A stretch of 64,000 nucleotides of DNA from Ranitomeya imitator (Eukaryota). Where the stretch lies: positions 223,820,001-223,884,000 of the forward strand of contig NC_091288.1 in assembly GCF_032444005.1 (NCBI RefSeq). The letters run 5' to 3'. The notes under the pieces were generated by a model that had not been told where the DNA came from, searched no databases, and worked only from the letters and a program-made list of their open reading frames with translations. This document shows, piece by piece, positions 1 to 12,173 of this stretch. Position 1 is the first letter of the stretch. Every line of letters starts with the position of its first letter. The position numbers were made by a program, and so were the translations under genes.

Positions 1-79
1 GTGCACGCAAGCATCCCGAAGCAAAACACCACGAAGATAAGCGTTGTGATACAGCAGTTATTCCATGGCAGGTAACCCA

Positions 80-3000
80 CACTCTGCTCTCCCTTCTATC
101 CATGTGCTTCATTCCTATCCTCCTATGTTCCCTTGCAATCCACATTCACTGTCCATCCCCCCTCCATCATGACTCCTATACATCAGCTCCTCTCTCCTTC
201 CCTCTCCCATGTAGAGCTCCCATGCACTTCTCACCTTCCTGAAAAACTTCAGCCCATCTTGCCCAAACACACTGCACAAAAAACCTTCAGACAATTCTAA
301 AAACTACTTGCTCTTTATCTTCCTGCTCCTACTGATTTCGGGAGACATCTCCACCAACCCTGGTCCACCATCCCCCAACCTCAACCCCTACCCTACCTCA
401 CATCAAAACCTTAATAATCTTACTAATATTATCTGCACTCCTTCATCTCCTTTTAATTGTGCCCTTTGGAATCCATGGTCTGTATGTAACAAGCTTCCTT
501 TCGTACACAATTACTTTCTGAAAAACTCTCTGAATCTGCTGGCCCTCACGGAAACTTGGATTCGGGATTCCGACACTGTCTCTCCTGCTGCCATTTCCCA
601 CGGTGGCTTACAATTCTCACATTCCTCGAGACCCACAAACAGACATGGTGGTGGAGTCGGCATACTCTAGTCCCCACAATGCACTTTCCTGGTCATCCCC
701 CCAGCTCCATCACTCCCATTCCCTTCTTTTGAGGTCCAAACCATCAGGCTTTTCTGTCACCTCTCCCTCAGAGTAGTGGTCATATACCAGCCCCCAGGCT
801 CACCCACCCACTTCCTGGACCATTTCTCTGCCTGGCTGCCGCACTTCATGTCCTCAGAACTCCCAACCCTTATCCTGGGAGACTTCAACATTCCCATTAA
901 CAGCCCCACTTCTACATCTGCATCCCAGCTGCTATCACTAACCACTTCTCTCGGCCTCTCACAGCTCTCAACCTCTGAAACACACAAAGACGGTAACACC
1001 CTTGACCTGGTGTTCATCCGGCTCTGTTCAATCTCCTACCTTGATAACTCACCGCTTCCCCTCTCTGACCACAACATTCTCTCCTTCACACTCACATATC
1101 CTCGCCCACCCCAGCACCCTCCTAGCTACCATTCAGTCAGAAATCTAAAAGCCATCAACCCTCATACACTTTCATTCTCCCTACACTCATCATTGTCCCC
1201 AATATCTTCTTTTTCCTGTCCTGATCTCGCTGTACATCACTTCAATGACACCCTTAGAAGCCCCCTGGACCAAGTAGCTCCCCTCACCCTCAGAAGCTCC
1301 AAACACAGAGTAAAACAGCCCTGGCTCACATCGCAAACCTGATTTCTCCAGCGATGCTTCAGGAGTGCTGAACACTTATGGAGGAAAACTCACACGCCAG
1401 AAGACTTCATACACTTCAAATTTATGGTAAGGACCTATAACTCTGCCCTTCACCTCGCCAAACAGTCCTACTACACCACCCTGATCTCCTCACTATTCAA
1501 CAACCCCAAGAAACTTTTGAACACCTTTCACTCCCTCCTCAGGCCAAAAGCACAAGCGCCTATCACAGACATTTGTGCTGATGACCTGGCCTCCCACTTT
1601 ATAGAGAAAATAGACAATATCCATCAGGAAATCCACTCCCAATCACCAAGTTCAGTGACTCCCATCCCTCCCCTCATTTCTCCTGGCTCACTCTCCACAT
1701 TCGATTCCATCACAGAAGAAGTCTCCAGGCTCCTCTCCTCTTCTCTTCCAACTACATGCACCACCGACCCCATTCCCTCACACCTCCTCCAGTCTCTCTC
1801 TCCAGTAGTCACAACTCACCTAACTACAATCTTTAATCTCTCCCTCTCCTCTGGCATTTTCCCCTCCTCCTTCTAACACTCTATCATTACTCCATTACTC
1901 AAAAAACCCACCCTCGACCCATCCTGCACAAACAAGTACAGACCAGTCTCAAATCTCCCCTTCATCTCTAAAATTCTTGGAGCGCCTGATCTACTCCCGC
2001 CTTACCCGTTACCTCTCCACTCATTCCCTCCTAGACCCTTCACAGTCCGGTTGACCAATGACCTTCTGACAGCAAAATGTAACGGTGACCACACTCTGCT
2101 CATTCTTCTCGATCTTTCTGCAGCTTTCGACACTGTTGACCACCCTCTCCTACTCTCTAGGCTCCAGTCACTTGGCATTAAGGACACTGCTCTCTCCTGG
2201 TTCTCCTCCTATCTTTCTGACCGCTCCTTCAGTGTTCTGTTCGTTGGCTCCACTTCATCTCCTCTTCCTCTCACTGTTGGGGTACCTCAGGGCTCAGTCC
2301 TTGGCCCCTTCTCTTCTCCCTCTACACAGCCCCAATTGGACAGACCATCAGCAGATTTGGCTTTCAGTACCATCTTTATGCCGACGACACACAACTATAC
2401 ACGTCATCCCCTGACCTTACCCCCGCTGTACTACAGAACACCAGTGACTGTCTGTCCGCAGTCTCCAACATCATGTACGCTCTCTATCTGAAACTCAACC
2501 TCTCCAAAATTGAACTTCTTCTGCTCCCACCATCTACTAACCTCCCTAAATCTGACATTTCCCTCTCCGTGGATGGCACCATAATAACACCCCGGCAGCA
2601 GGCGCGCTGTCTGGGTGTTATGTTTAACTCCGATCTCTCCTTCACCTCCTATATACAATCTCTTGCCCGCTCGTGCCGCTTACACCTAAAGAACATCTCT
2701 AGAATCCACCCTTTTCTCACCATGGAGATAACAAAACCCCTCACTGTCGCCCTGATCCACTCCCGCCTGGACTACTGTAACGCTCTATTAATTGGCCTCC
2801 CCCTCACTCGACTTTCCCCTCTCCAGTCCATCCTTAATGCAGCAGCCAGGGTTGTCCATCTAGCTAATCGTTACTTGGACGCGTCCGCTCTTCGCCAGTC
2901 ATTACACTGGCTACCCATTCATTACAGGATACAATTCAAAGTATTTGTTCTCCCCCACAAAGCTCTCCACAGTGCGGCACCCCCTTACATCTCCTCCCTC

Positions 3001-3508
3001 ATTTCTGTCTATCAGCCTAACCGACCGCTGCGCTCTGCAAATGACTTTCGGCTAACCTCTGCACTAATCCGTACCTCCCACTCTCGACTCCAAGACTTCT
3101 CCCGTGCTGCGCCAATCCTCTGGAATGCTCTACCCCAAGATATTAGGACCATCCACAACTTGCATAGTTTTAGGCGCTCGCTCAAAACACATTTGTTCAG
3201 AGCGGCCTACCACGTTCACTAATCAAAGTCATTTTATGTTTGTGTGCAGCCCATTCACTATCTCCATCTACCCTCCACCCCCTGAAGATGGCCGGACCCT
3301 CATTGTAAATACATCATTGTAAATACACACCTGTACTCTGTATCTCCCCACCTCATTGTAGATTGTAAGCTCTCACGAGCAGGGGCGGCTTATTTTGCTT
3401 TATTGTATTGTTAACGTTGTTACCTATGACTGTTGTGTTTGAAACTGTTAAACTGTAAAGCGCTGTGGAATATGTTGGCGCTATATAAATAAAGATTATT
3501 ATTATTAT
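80..3508 (+). mobile_element. L2/CR1-group LINE, near-complete ORF2 (APE endonuclease + RT), inactivated by stops and frameshifts
   Basis: ORF pieces 308-670 (LLALTETW, HGGGVG), 776-1342 (LILGDFN, DGNTLDLVF, SDH), 1424-1876, 2051-2491 ([23 protein letters not shown]) and 2473-3222 ([17 protein letters not shown]) are colinear with L2 ORF2. The 3' end is ...ggcgctatataaataaag(att)n ending at about 3508. The 5' boundary is approximate. Confidence 0.93.
308..367 (+). other. 2A-like (StopGo) motif at the N-terminus of the L2 ORF
   Basis: Translates as LLFIFLLLLISGDISTNPGP; compare the 2A consensus D(V/I)ExNPG|P. Confidence 0.7.
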
Positions 3509-3633
3509 CCTAGTGAAGGTATTCACAAGGAATACCACGGGGTTGAGCATACCCAACCCTCCTAGTCTCCTCGTACGGTAAGGAACCTCCCTCTTCACCA
3601 GGTTCAGTCTATTTCCCCAGAGAGACTCCGGCA
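3509..3633 (-). mobile_element. Short Tx1/L1-clade ORF2 fragment
   Basis: Minus strand reads LWGNRLNLVKREVPYRTRRLGGLGMLNPVVFLVNTF, resembling the FxW...R..GGLG motif that follows the RT of L1/Tx1 elements. Confidence 0.5.
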
Positions 3634-3879
3634 AGATGCTAATAAATTTACAAAGGAAGCAGATAGGCCTTGGTCAGATCTACACTTCCACTTCCTTTCC
3701 TCATGGACAAACACCATTTTATCCATTTGTTCACCTTCTGAATGGTGACATAAAGAGAACGTGTCAGCAGGATTTTGTCTATAATGGAGCCATAATACAC
3801 AATAAATTGATACCTTTAGTGAAGAAATTTGCTTTGTGGTTCTTCTCAGATTTTAGTACACAAGGGCAGAACTGCACAC

Positions 3880-4700
3880 GGGTCTTCTCCTCCCTGCCTG
3901 CGATTCACCTCCACCTGCCTCCAGTCTGTGATTCCCCAGCCCCTCTGTCTCCCGACCATGATTCCCTGGCTCCTCCAGCTGCCTCTTGTTTATGACTCCC
4001 CGGCTCCTCTGCTTTGCCTCAAGTTTGTGATTCCCCCGGACCCTTCCACCTGCCTCTGGTCAGTGATTCCTGGCCCTTCTGCCCACCTCCATCTGTTATC
4101 CCTGCCCCTCTGCCTGCCTATGGTCTGTGATCCTTGTCCTCTCCGCCTTCCTCCAATCTGTGATGCTCAAGCCCTTCTGCCTGCCTCCAGTTTATGATTC
4201 TCCGGCCCCTCTGCTTTGCCTCTGGTCAGTGATTCCCAGCCACTCTATCTGCCTCTGGTCAGTGATTCCTGGCCCTTCTGCCCACCTCCATCTGTTATCC
4301 CTGCCCCTCTGCCTGCCTATGGTCTGTGATCCTTGTCCTCTCCGCCTTCCTCCAATCTGTGATGCTCAAGCCCTTCTGCCTGCCTCCAGTTTATGATTCT
4401 CTGGCCCCTCTGCCTGCTTCCCGTCTGTGATCCCTGACCCCTCAGCCTGTCTCCAGTCCATGATTCCCTGACCCCAGCTGCCTCTTGTCTGTGATTCCCG
4501 GCCACTCTATCTGCCTCTGGTCAGTGATTCCCGGCCCCTCTGCTCACCTCAATCTGTCATCCCTGCCCCTCTGTCTGCCCCTGTTCTCTCCGCCTGCCTT
4601 CAATCTGAGATGCCCGAGCCCCTCTGCCTGCCTCCCATCTGTGATCCCTGACGCCTCTGCCTGTCTCCAGTCTGTGATTCCTCGGCCCCTCCGCCTCCTT
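3880..4700. repeat. Degenerate pyrimidine-rich tandem repeat (about 25-30 bp units) with a 199-bp internal duplication
   Basis: Recurrent tctgtgattccc...gcccctctgcctgcc. A block starting at about 4050 recurs at about 4249; ORFs 3829-4197 and 4127-4396 end in identical peptides 199 bp apart. Confidence 0.8.
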
Positions 4701-4948
4701 TATTTTATTTCTACTGCTCTCCAGAATATTTCTCTTTGTTATAGATCCTTTATACCCCCCAAAGTAAATACTTTTTATTGTTCACTAAAACCAGAGTAAA
4801 ATTTATTTCCTTTTACCCTTGATATCCTGATTATAAACGATCCATCAAAATTTAATCTGTGAGACGAAGAAGTGAAGACGAAGAAGCAAAATCATGGACT
4901 TAGCCTTCAGAAGGTTCTTGTTTCTTCATTCGGGTTCTCTCTCGCACA

Positions 4949-5887
4949 TTAATGGAAGGTCATTCTCAGGCCGAGTTTACTAATGGCATCCTTCATTTCT
5001 TTATTCTTCAGACTGTAGATCAGGGGGTTGATGGTCGGGATTATCACACAGTAGGACAGAGCCAACATCCTGTCCTCATAAGGAGAAAATGGATTGTCCA
5101 ATCGAAGGTGAACAAACATGGCGGCTCCAAAGAAAATAATAACAGAGACCAGATGAGAACCACAGGTAACAAAAGCTTTATGACGAGACTCTGCAGAATG
5201 GAGGAGGAGTATGGAGGTCAGGATCCTGATATAAGAGCAGATTAATAAAATTGGGAGCAAGGATGAAGTTGCACTAATGACTAGTTGATAGATCTCGACT
5301 ATGAATGTGTTGGCACAAGCGATACTCATCATTGGCGGAATATCACAGAAGAAATGAGCAATAACACGAGAACTACAATATGGCAAACTGTATATGAGGA
5401 AACATTCGATGAGGGCATTCCCAAGTGCCAAAACAGAAATATAAAGTGTCACCCGATAACAAAAGCTGACAGTCATCACAGACATGTATCTGAGAGGGTG
5501 ACATATGGCCGTGTACCGGTCAAACGCCATCACTGTGAGTATGGCACATTCACAAGCTGCCGCTGCTATAAAGACAAAAAACTGAGAGGCGCAACCAACT
5601 AAGGAAATGGTCCTTCCCACCCAGAAAAAGCTCTGAAGAGCCTTAGGAACTGTAGAGCTGATAGACACGAGCTCAACGAAGGACAAAACCTTCAGGAAAA
5701 AGTACATAGGAGAGTGAAGCCGAGGACTGAGATTAACGACTATGATAATGAGACCATTACCGACCAAGGAGAGAAGATAAGAAAGTAAGAAGAACGTGAA
5801 GAGTGAGATCTGGGTTATAAGAGACAAATCCGAAAACCCGAGAAGAATAAATGTTGTCCCATTACTTAGGGTCTCTCTTCTCTTCAT
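4949..5887 (-). CDS. Olfactory receptor, class II (gamma group), 312 aa, intact (OR-A)
   Basis: ATG at 5887, TAA at 4949-4951. Canonical OR motifs: N-glycosylation site NGT, LHSPMYFFL, MAFDRYTAICHPLRY, HFFCDIPP, KAFVTCGSHL, PTINPLIYSLKN. Seven hydrophobic segments. Confidence 0.97.
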   Translation of the reverse strand: MKRRETLSNGTTFILLGFSDLSLITQISLFTFFLLSYLLSLVGNGLIIIVVNLSPRLHSPMYFFLKVLSFVELVSISSTVPKALQSFFWVGRTISLVGCASQFFVFIAAAACECAILTVMAFDRYTAICHPLRYMSVMTVSFCYRVTLYISVLALGNALIECFLIYSLPYCSSRVIAHFFCDIPPMMSIACANTFIVEIYQLVISATSSLLPILLICSYIRILTSILLLHSAESRHKAFVTCGSHLVSVIIFFGAAMFVHLRLDNPFSPYEDRMLALSYCVIIPTINPLIYSLKNKEMKDAISKLGLRMTFH

Positions 5888-6902
5888 CTTCTTTTAGGAG
5901 ACTCTTTCCTACATAGCATGACACAACAGTTTTCATATAGATGACGCTATTGGCTTTGGCTCTGGACAAGTGATTTATAAATAAAATCCTCTCAGTTTCC
6001 TTAGGGACACGTTATACACTGCAGTGATTGGACAGTGGTTGTGTGGCAGGAGACACAGAGATGGTACAGATGTCCTGACAGGAAACCTCCACATAAGACG
6101 CCTCGGATCTCCTCTCGTTATCTGAAAGACAATTAAATGGAAGATGGTGGGAAGGAAGTAAAGCTTTCACCATCTGTGAGGACTTATTGAGGTGACTGGG
6201 TGATCCCACATCTCCAATACACGGGGCAGAATTAAGAACCACCATGGACAAGATACAATGGAGACTCACATTAGAGTGATATGGAGCAGCACTTGGGTAG
6301 AAAGTTCATACATTAATTTGTTAAAAAAGAGAATGGACAGCGCCTCCAAAAATCATACATTGATCTAATGCCGCTAGGCAAAAATATATATAACTGACCA
6401 TGAGGTTCTTAGGAGAGCACTCTGATCAGACTGTTTGAAGCCCACTGCCACATCTCGGCGAACCTCTCAGTAGGTCCCTATAGCCTTAAAGGAGCAGCAT
6501 GTGCGCTAACCACCGTCGCAGCGGCAATGCACCGGCAGGGTGGATGGCCTGATGCTTCACACCACCCGTGCTGGAAGAGTGAGTCCCCATGACTCCAGAC
6601 CACACCACCCCACCCCACCAGCGCAAAGCCACAGCAACAATGGCTGCCAGACATTAATTTATCAGAGTTTCGAATATCACATGCGCATCTCTGAAGCCCA
6701 TGTTATATCACACATATCGTACAGAGTATACATAGAAATTAATGGATGGAAAATAAATGTAATGTTTGTGATTGCACTAGTAATGGGGTGACAAAAAATC
6801 TTCCCACATATCCATATAACGCCCATTATACACATTCATGTAATGAACTTGTACCCCACTTTATCCGATGGCTGGTCACTATGTTAGTCTGGATGTTGTA
6901 CT

Positions 6903-7186
6903 GAGGGCCCTGCATCTATGAGGGCCCTGCATCTATGAGGGCTCTCCATCTATGAGGGCTCTGCATGATCCATGAGGGCTCTGCATCTATGAGGGCTCTG
7001 CATCTATGAGGGCCCTGCATCTATGACGGCTCTCCATCTATGAGGGCTCTGCATGATCCACGAGGGCTCTGCATCTATGAGGGCTCTGCATCCATGAGGG
7101 CCCTGCGTCTATGAGGGCTCTGCATCTATGAGGGCTCTGCATGATCCACAAGGGCTCTGCATCTATGAGGGCTCTGCATGATCTAT
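6903..7186. repeat. 17-bp minisatellite (gagggcYctgcatctat), about 16 copies, in the predicted OR-A 5'UTR intron
   Basis: Directly visible tandem units with occasional gatccat/gatccac variants. Confidence 0.95.
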
Positions 7187-8654
7187 GATGGCTATTCTGA
7201 CTCTTCAAGGCAGTATGAGTCTCTAAATCCTTAGCCATCAATCTCTTAGATAACTGTATGATTGTTGTACTCACATGCCAGGCTTCCTCAGACAGTGCCA
7301 ACCCAGCTAGCAATTACTTGTAATAAGAGTCCAGGAGAAACAGAGTTGATATTCTATGAAATCTTATATTAAGTACAATACAACAGGTGGAAAAAGTAAT
7401 CCAAGCAGAGAAGTATGCCTGTGCATCCAAAGATGGCTATAGCAACTGATAATGAAGAAGAAGAGAGGGGCAAGGGCTAACATCATCAACTACAGGAAGG
7501 AAGAAGGGACAAACTTCAAAAGGCAGAGCTTCTCCCTAGCAACAGCAGAATGAAATGCACAACACAGAAAATACACAAAAAGTTGTTCCAGTCATGGGAC
7601 ACAACAATGGCCCTGCATCTATGAGGGCTGGGGTGGTACCATCTATCTGTTATCATTCCCGCATGGTACCTGATCCCTATTACATCTACCATGTCCAATA
7701 TTGCTGCGTTCTAGTGAGTCTATCCTCGGCCCACCAGATGATCACTATAGCATAAAGATTGAATTTTTTTTTCTCTATCTCACACACTCATCATGGACCT
7801 CCAGATGATGTAGAGCTCTACCGGGATAATGTATGCAGACTAGCTCCTATCCAGGGGAAGACAGCGTCTCTTTGATGCCTACTCTTTGGGTATGACTCAT
7901 TGACGAACCTTGCATTATGAGTGGGGATACTAAGGTCGTGCCTCATCAGAGCAGAGCAGTGTAATGGTTGGCTGCAGGGTTTGGATGGGAGTCTACGTGG
8001 ACAGATAGGCTTCCACAGTTTGATGAAAGTGAGCATTAAGAACCTAGTAAATAAGAAGACAATGCAATTCACAATAATTCAGATATTCTCGGTCTCCACA
8101 TGTCTGGGCGCGGTTGTATCTATTGTGTTTGCTTTTCATTTCACTAACTGCAGCCGGTACTCCAGCATAATTTCATGTTGCCTGCACCGGCTGCTGTCTC
8201 TTCATTAAGCTTCATTAAGCTTCTGAAATCATTCATGAGAGAGTAAATCATGGAGTAGGGATGGATGTGTGCTATAACACATGGCTATTGGTCTGACTCC
8301 AGCATGGAGCATTTCAGGGGTTCTGTCCACTGCCGAGATGCCAGATTTCTCAAAGATCTCCAGAAGTTTGCCCGAGGTCCCTGGTATTGGTCTTCTACTG
8401 TAGACATTTCATATCTAGCTTCAATGCTTCACAGGACGCGTTATCATCATCTCAGTAAATGAGACCTTTGCTGGTATGAATGGAGTTTCCAGGATAAACC
8501 TATTGATAAAATCATTATAACATTTCTGCAGGTAACATTAGAGCGTGACCCAACCTGGACCCAAAGCCCAGAGAGCTCGAGCTGTCTGACCCTGCAGTGA
8601 GGGGCTGTTGAAGATGCTTGGTCTAGAGGATGTAACATACTCCAGGTGTATGGC

Positions 8655-8790
8655 GACTCACCTCAGTATATGTTCACTAGAGCTCCAGAGACATAATGTG
8701 CTGCGGTAATATGAAGTCTCACTAGTCCTTAGAGATCTGAGATCATAAGTCAGTGATGTGCCTGGGGCTCTGTGCTATCGTCAAAGGTAG
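8655..8790 (-). promoter_or_regulatory. Candidate non-coding first exon and promoter of OR-A
   Basis: Consensus donor GAG|GTGAGT at 8662/8661. The surrounding sequence is homologous to 37985-38090 upstream of OR-B. Confidence 0.5.
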
Positions 8791-9079
8791 AAATGCTGTA
8801 ATTCAAAAACCTTGGGGGAAGCCAAGAGGAAAAACACAAATATTGTACTGGGATCAAGCACAAAAAAATTATATCAATCTGTAAAATGAAATCAATAACT
8901 TTGTTCCTGGTAAAATTACTTATAAACAAATGAATATGCGGTGTATCAGAGAAGAGCCCTCACTATAGTGAATAAGGAGCTGACCAGGATGGAAGACACG
9001 AGTTGTTATTGACAGGTTGAAGAGGTGGATTAGACTTGTGATGAAGACTGTGGTAAAGTTTGGAATGAGGTGGGACGTT

Positions 9080-9320
9080 TTTGTGTCACGTTCACAGGTG
9101 GTGAGGTAAAGTATTCAACTGAGATGGGAGGGGGAACTGGTGGACGCAGGAAATAATTGAAAGCACTGAAGAGCTGTTTAGGGTTGTGAGACAGGTATGA
9201 TATGAGGGATGAGAAGTCGGTTTGTTTTGCTGCAGTCAAAATTTGCGCAGCATTTTTACAACTTCTGTTACTTGACAGGAAACTTTGCTTCTTTTCTTTG
9301 GCAGCCATACAATGGTACGC
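9080..9320 (-). mobile_element. Old L2 ORF2 fragment
   Basis: AAKQTDFSSLISYLSHNPKQLFSAFNYFLRPP matches AKQSYYTTLISSLFNNPKKLLNTFHSLLRP in the L2 at 1424-1876. Confidence 0.6.
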
Positions 9321-10043
9321 TTTGTAGATGAGGGCCAGAAACAACATGTGCTTCAGTAGATGGCAAGTGCTGCATCAAGTGGTCTCTGCTCCTCTTCCTC
9401 CACCTTAACATCACACACAGTACAGTCCTCAGCGATAGCACTCCAATCACTTTTTTTTCCCCTACATCACAACTCTCCAAGTGCCCAACTGACTGATGGG
9501 AACCACAGAAGGCGGTGTCCGCAGATCTGGTCACACATTCGATTCCATTGGTAACACAGATCTGCTCTAAAGACTCACAGAGTCTAGAGGAGGAAATCAT
9601 CTGCACCGATGGACAATTTTTTTCTCAGTTTGATCCATGGCTGGACGAAGTTGGGTCTGAGCATAATACAAACCCTTGTCCACCGTGTGGCTGGTGGATG
9701 GTGGTGTGTCACGGTTCACACCATGATGCCAACAATATGTCACAAATCCCAACAATATGCCAGGGATCCCGGGGAGGATACCTGTATCGGCCCCACTTCT
9801 CACACCAATTTGTCATTAACTGGGGTTGTTTGGTTGTCCCTGGTTCCTTCTGAAGGGGATTTATCTATATCCCACCTACTTTAAACGTACTACAGAGACC
9901 TTCTCTAAATTGCCTTAATATTGTGGTGACATTAATAAACTTTGCTCTTGTTATGCATTAAAAAATCCAAAATCTGAGTGCGGCTGTTTTCTCAAATATA
10001 TGAAGCTGCAGTGTGTGTCTGACATGGTACTTTCTAGAACAAA

Positions 10044-12173
10044 TCTAACTCCCAGACTCTCACTAACTTCTAACTCCCAGACTTTCACTAACTTCTAACT
10101 CCCAGACTCTCACTAACTTCTAACTCCCAGACTTTCACTAACTTCTAACTCCCAGACTCTCACTAACCTCTAACTCCCAGACTCTCACTAACTTCTAACT
10201 CCCAGACTTTCACTAACTTCTAACTCCCAGACTCTCACTAACTTCTAACTCCCAGACTCTCACTAACTTCTAACTCCCAGACTCTCACTAACTTCTAACT
10301 CCCAGACTTTCACTAACTTCTAACTCCCAGACTCTCACTAACTTCTAACTCCCAGACTCTCACTCACTTCTAACTCCCAGAATTTCACTAACTTCTAACT
10401 CCCAGAATTTCACTAACTTCTAACTCCCAGAATTTCACTAACTTCTAACTCCCAGACTCTCACTAACTTCTAACTCCCAGACTCTCACTCACTTCTAACT
10501 CTCAGACTCTCACTAACTTCTAACTCTCAGACTCTCACTAACTTCTAACTCCCAGACTCTCACTAACTTCTAACTCCCAGACTCTCACTAACTTCTAACT
10601 CCCAGACTCTCACTAACTTCTAACTCCCAGACTCTCACTAACTTCTAACTCCCAGACTCTCACTAACTTCTAACTCCCAGACTCTCACTAACTTCTAACT
10701 CCCAGACTCTCACTCACTTCTAACTCCCAGAATTTCACTAACTTCTAACTCCCAGACTCTCACTAACTTCTAACTCCCAGAATTTCACTAACCTCTAACT
10801 CCCAGACTTTCACTAACTTCTAACTCCCAGAATTTCACTAACTTCTAACTCCCAGAATTTCACTAACTTCTAACTCCCAGACTTTCACTAACTTCTAACT
10901 CCCAGACTCTCACTCACTTCTAACTCCCAGACTCTCACTAACTTCTAACTCCCAGACTCTTACTCACTTCTAACTCCCAGAATTTCACTAACCTCTAACT
11001 CCCAGACTTTCACTAACTTCTAACTCCCAGAATTTCACTAACTTCTAACTCCCAGAATTTCACTAACTTCTAACTCCCAGACTCTCACTAACTTCTAACT
11101 CCCAGACTCTCACTAACTTCTAGCTCCCAGACTCTCACTAACTTCTAACTCTCAGACTCTCACTAACTTCTAACTCTCAGACTCTCACTAACTTCTAACT
11201 CTCAGACTCTCACTAACCTCTAACTCCCAGACTTTCACTAACCTCTAACTCCCAGACTCTCACTAACTTCTAACTCCCAGACTCTCACTAACTTCTAACT
11301 CCCAGACTCTCACTAACTTCTAACTCCCAGACTCTCACTAACTTCTAACTCCCAGACTCTCACTCACTTCTAACTCCCAGAATTTCACTAACTTCTAACT
11401 CCCAGAATTTCACTAACCTCTAACTCCCAGACTTTCACTAACTTCTAACTCCCAGAATTTCACTAACTTCTAACTCCCAGAATTTCACTAACCTCTTACT
11501 CCCAGACTTTCACTAACTTCTAACTCCCAGACTTTCACTAACTTCTAACTCTCAGACTCTCACTAACCTCTAACTCCCAGACTTTCAATAACTTCTAACT
11601 CCCAGACTCTCACTAACTTCTAACTCCCAAACTCTCACTAACTTCTAACTCTCAGACTCTCACTAACCTCTAACTCCCAGACTCTCACTAACTTCTAACT
11701 CCCAGACTCTCACTAACTTCTAACTCCCAGACTCTCACTCACTTCTAACTCCCAGAATTTCACTAACCTCTAACTCCCAGACTTTCACTAACTTCTAACT
11801 CCCAGAATTTCACTAACTTCTAACTCCCAGAATTTCACTAACCTCTTACTCCCAGACTTTCACTAACTTCTAACTCCCAGACTTTCACTAACTTCTAACT
11901 CCCAGACTCTCACTAACTTCTAACTCTCAGACTCTCACTAACTTCTAACTCCCAGACTTTCACTAACTTCTAACTCTCAGACTCTCACTAACCTCTAACT
12001 CCCAGAATTTCACTAACTTCTAACTCCCAGACTCTCACTAACTTCTAACTCCCAGACTCTCACTAACTTCTAACTCCCAGACTTTCACTAACTTCTAACT
12101 CCCAGAATTTCACTAACTTCTAACTCCCAGATTTTCACTCACTTCTATCTCCCAGAATTTCACTCACTTCTAA
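10044..12173. repeat. 25-bp minisatellite (taactcccagactYtcactaacttc), about 85 copies, left part
   Basis: Period of 25 read directly (taactcccag at 10071 and 10096). Confidence 0.98.

Noticed and set aside
5998-6007. O/E (EBF)-like site TCCTTAGGGA upstream of OR-A
   Set aside because: One mismatch to TCCCNNGGGA and absent at the equivalent OR-B position.
7200-8640. Possible ancient L1 ORF1/ORF2 origin of the shared OR intron (GDLEYRG, RIKWG-like peptides)
   Set aside because: Matches are too short and stop-ridden to call without a profile search.
9330-9950. Possible additional non-LTR retroelement remnant
   Set aside because: No motif could be identified with confidence.
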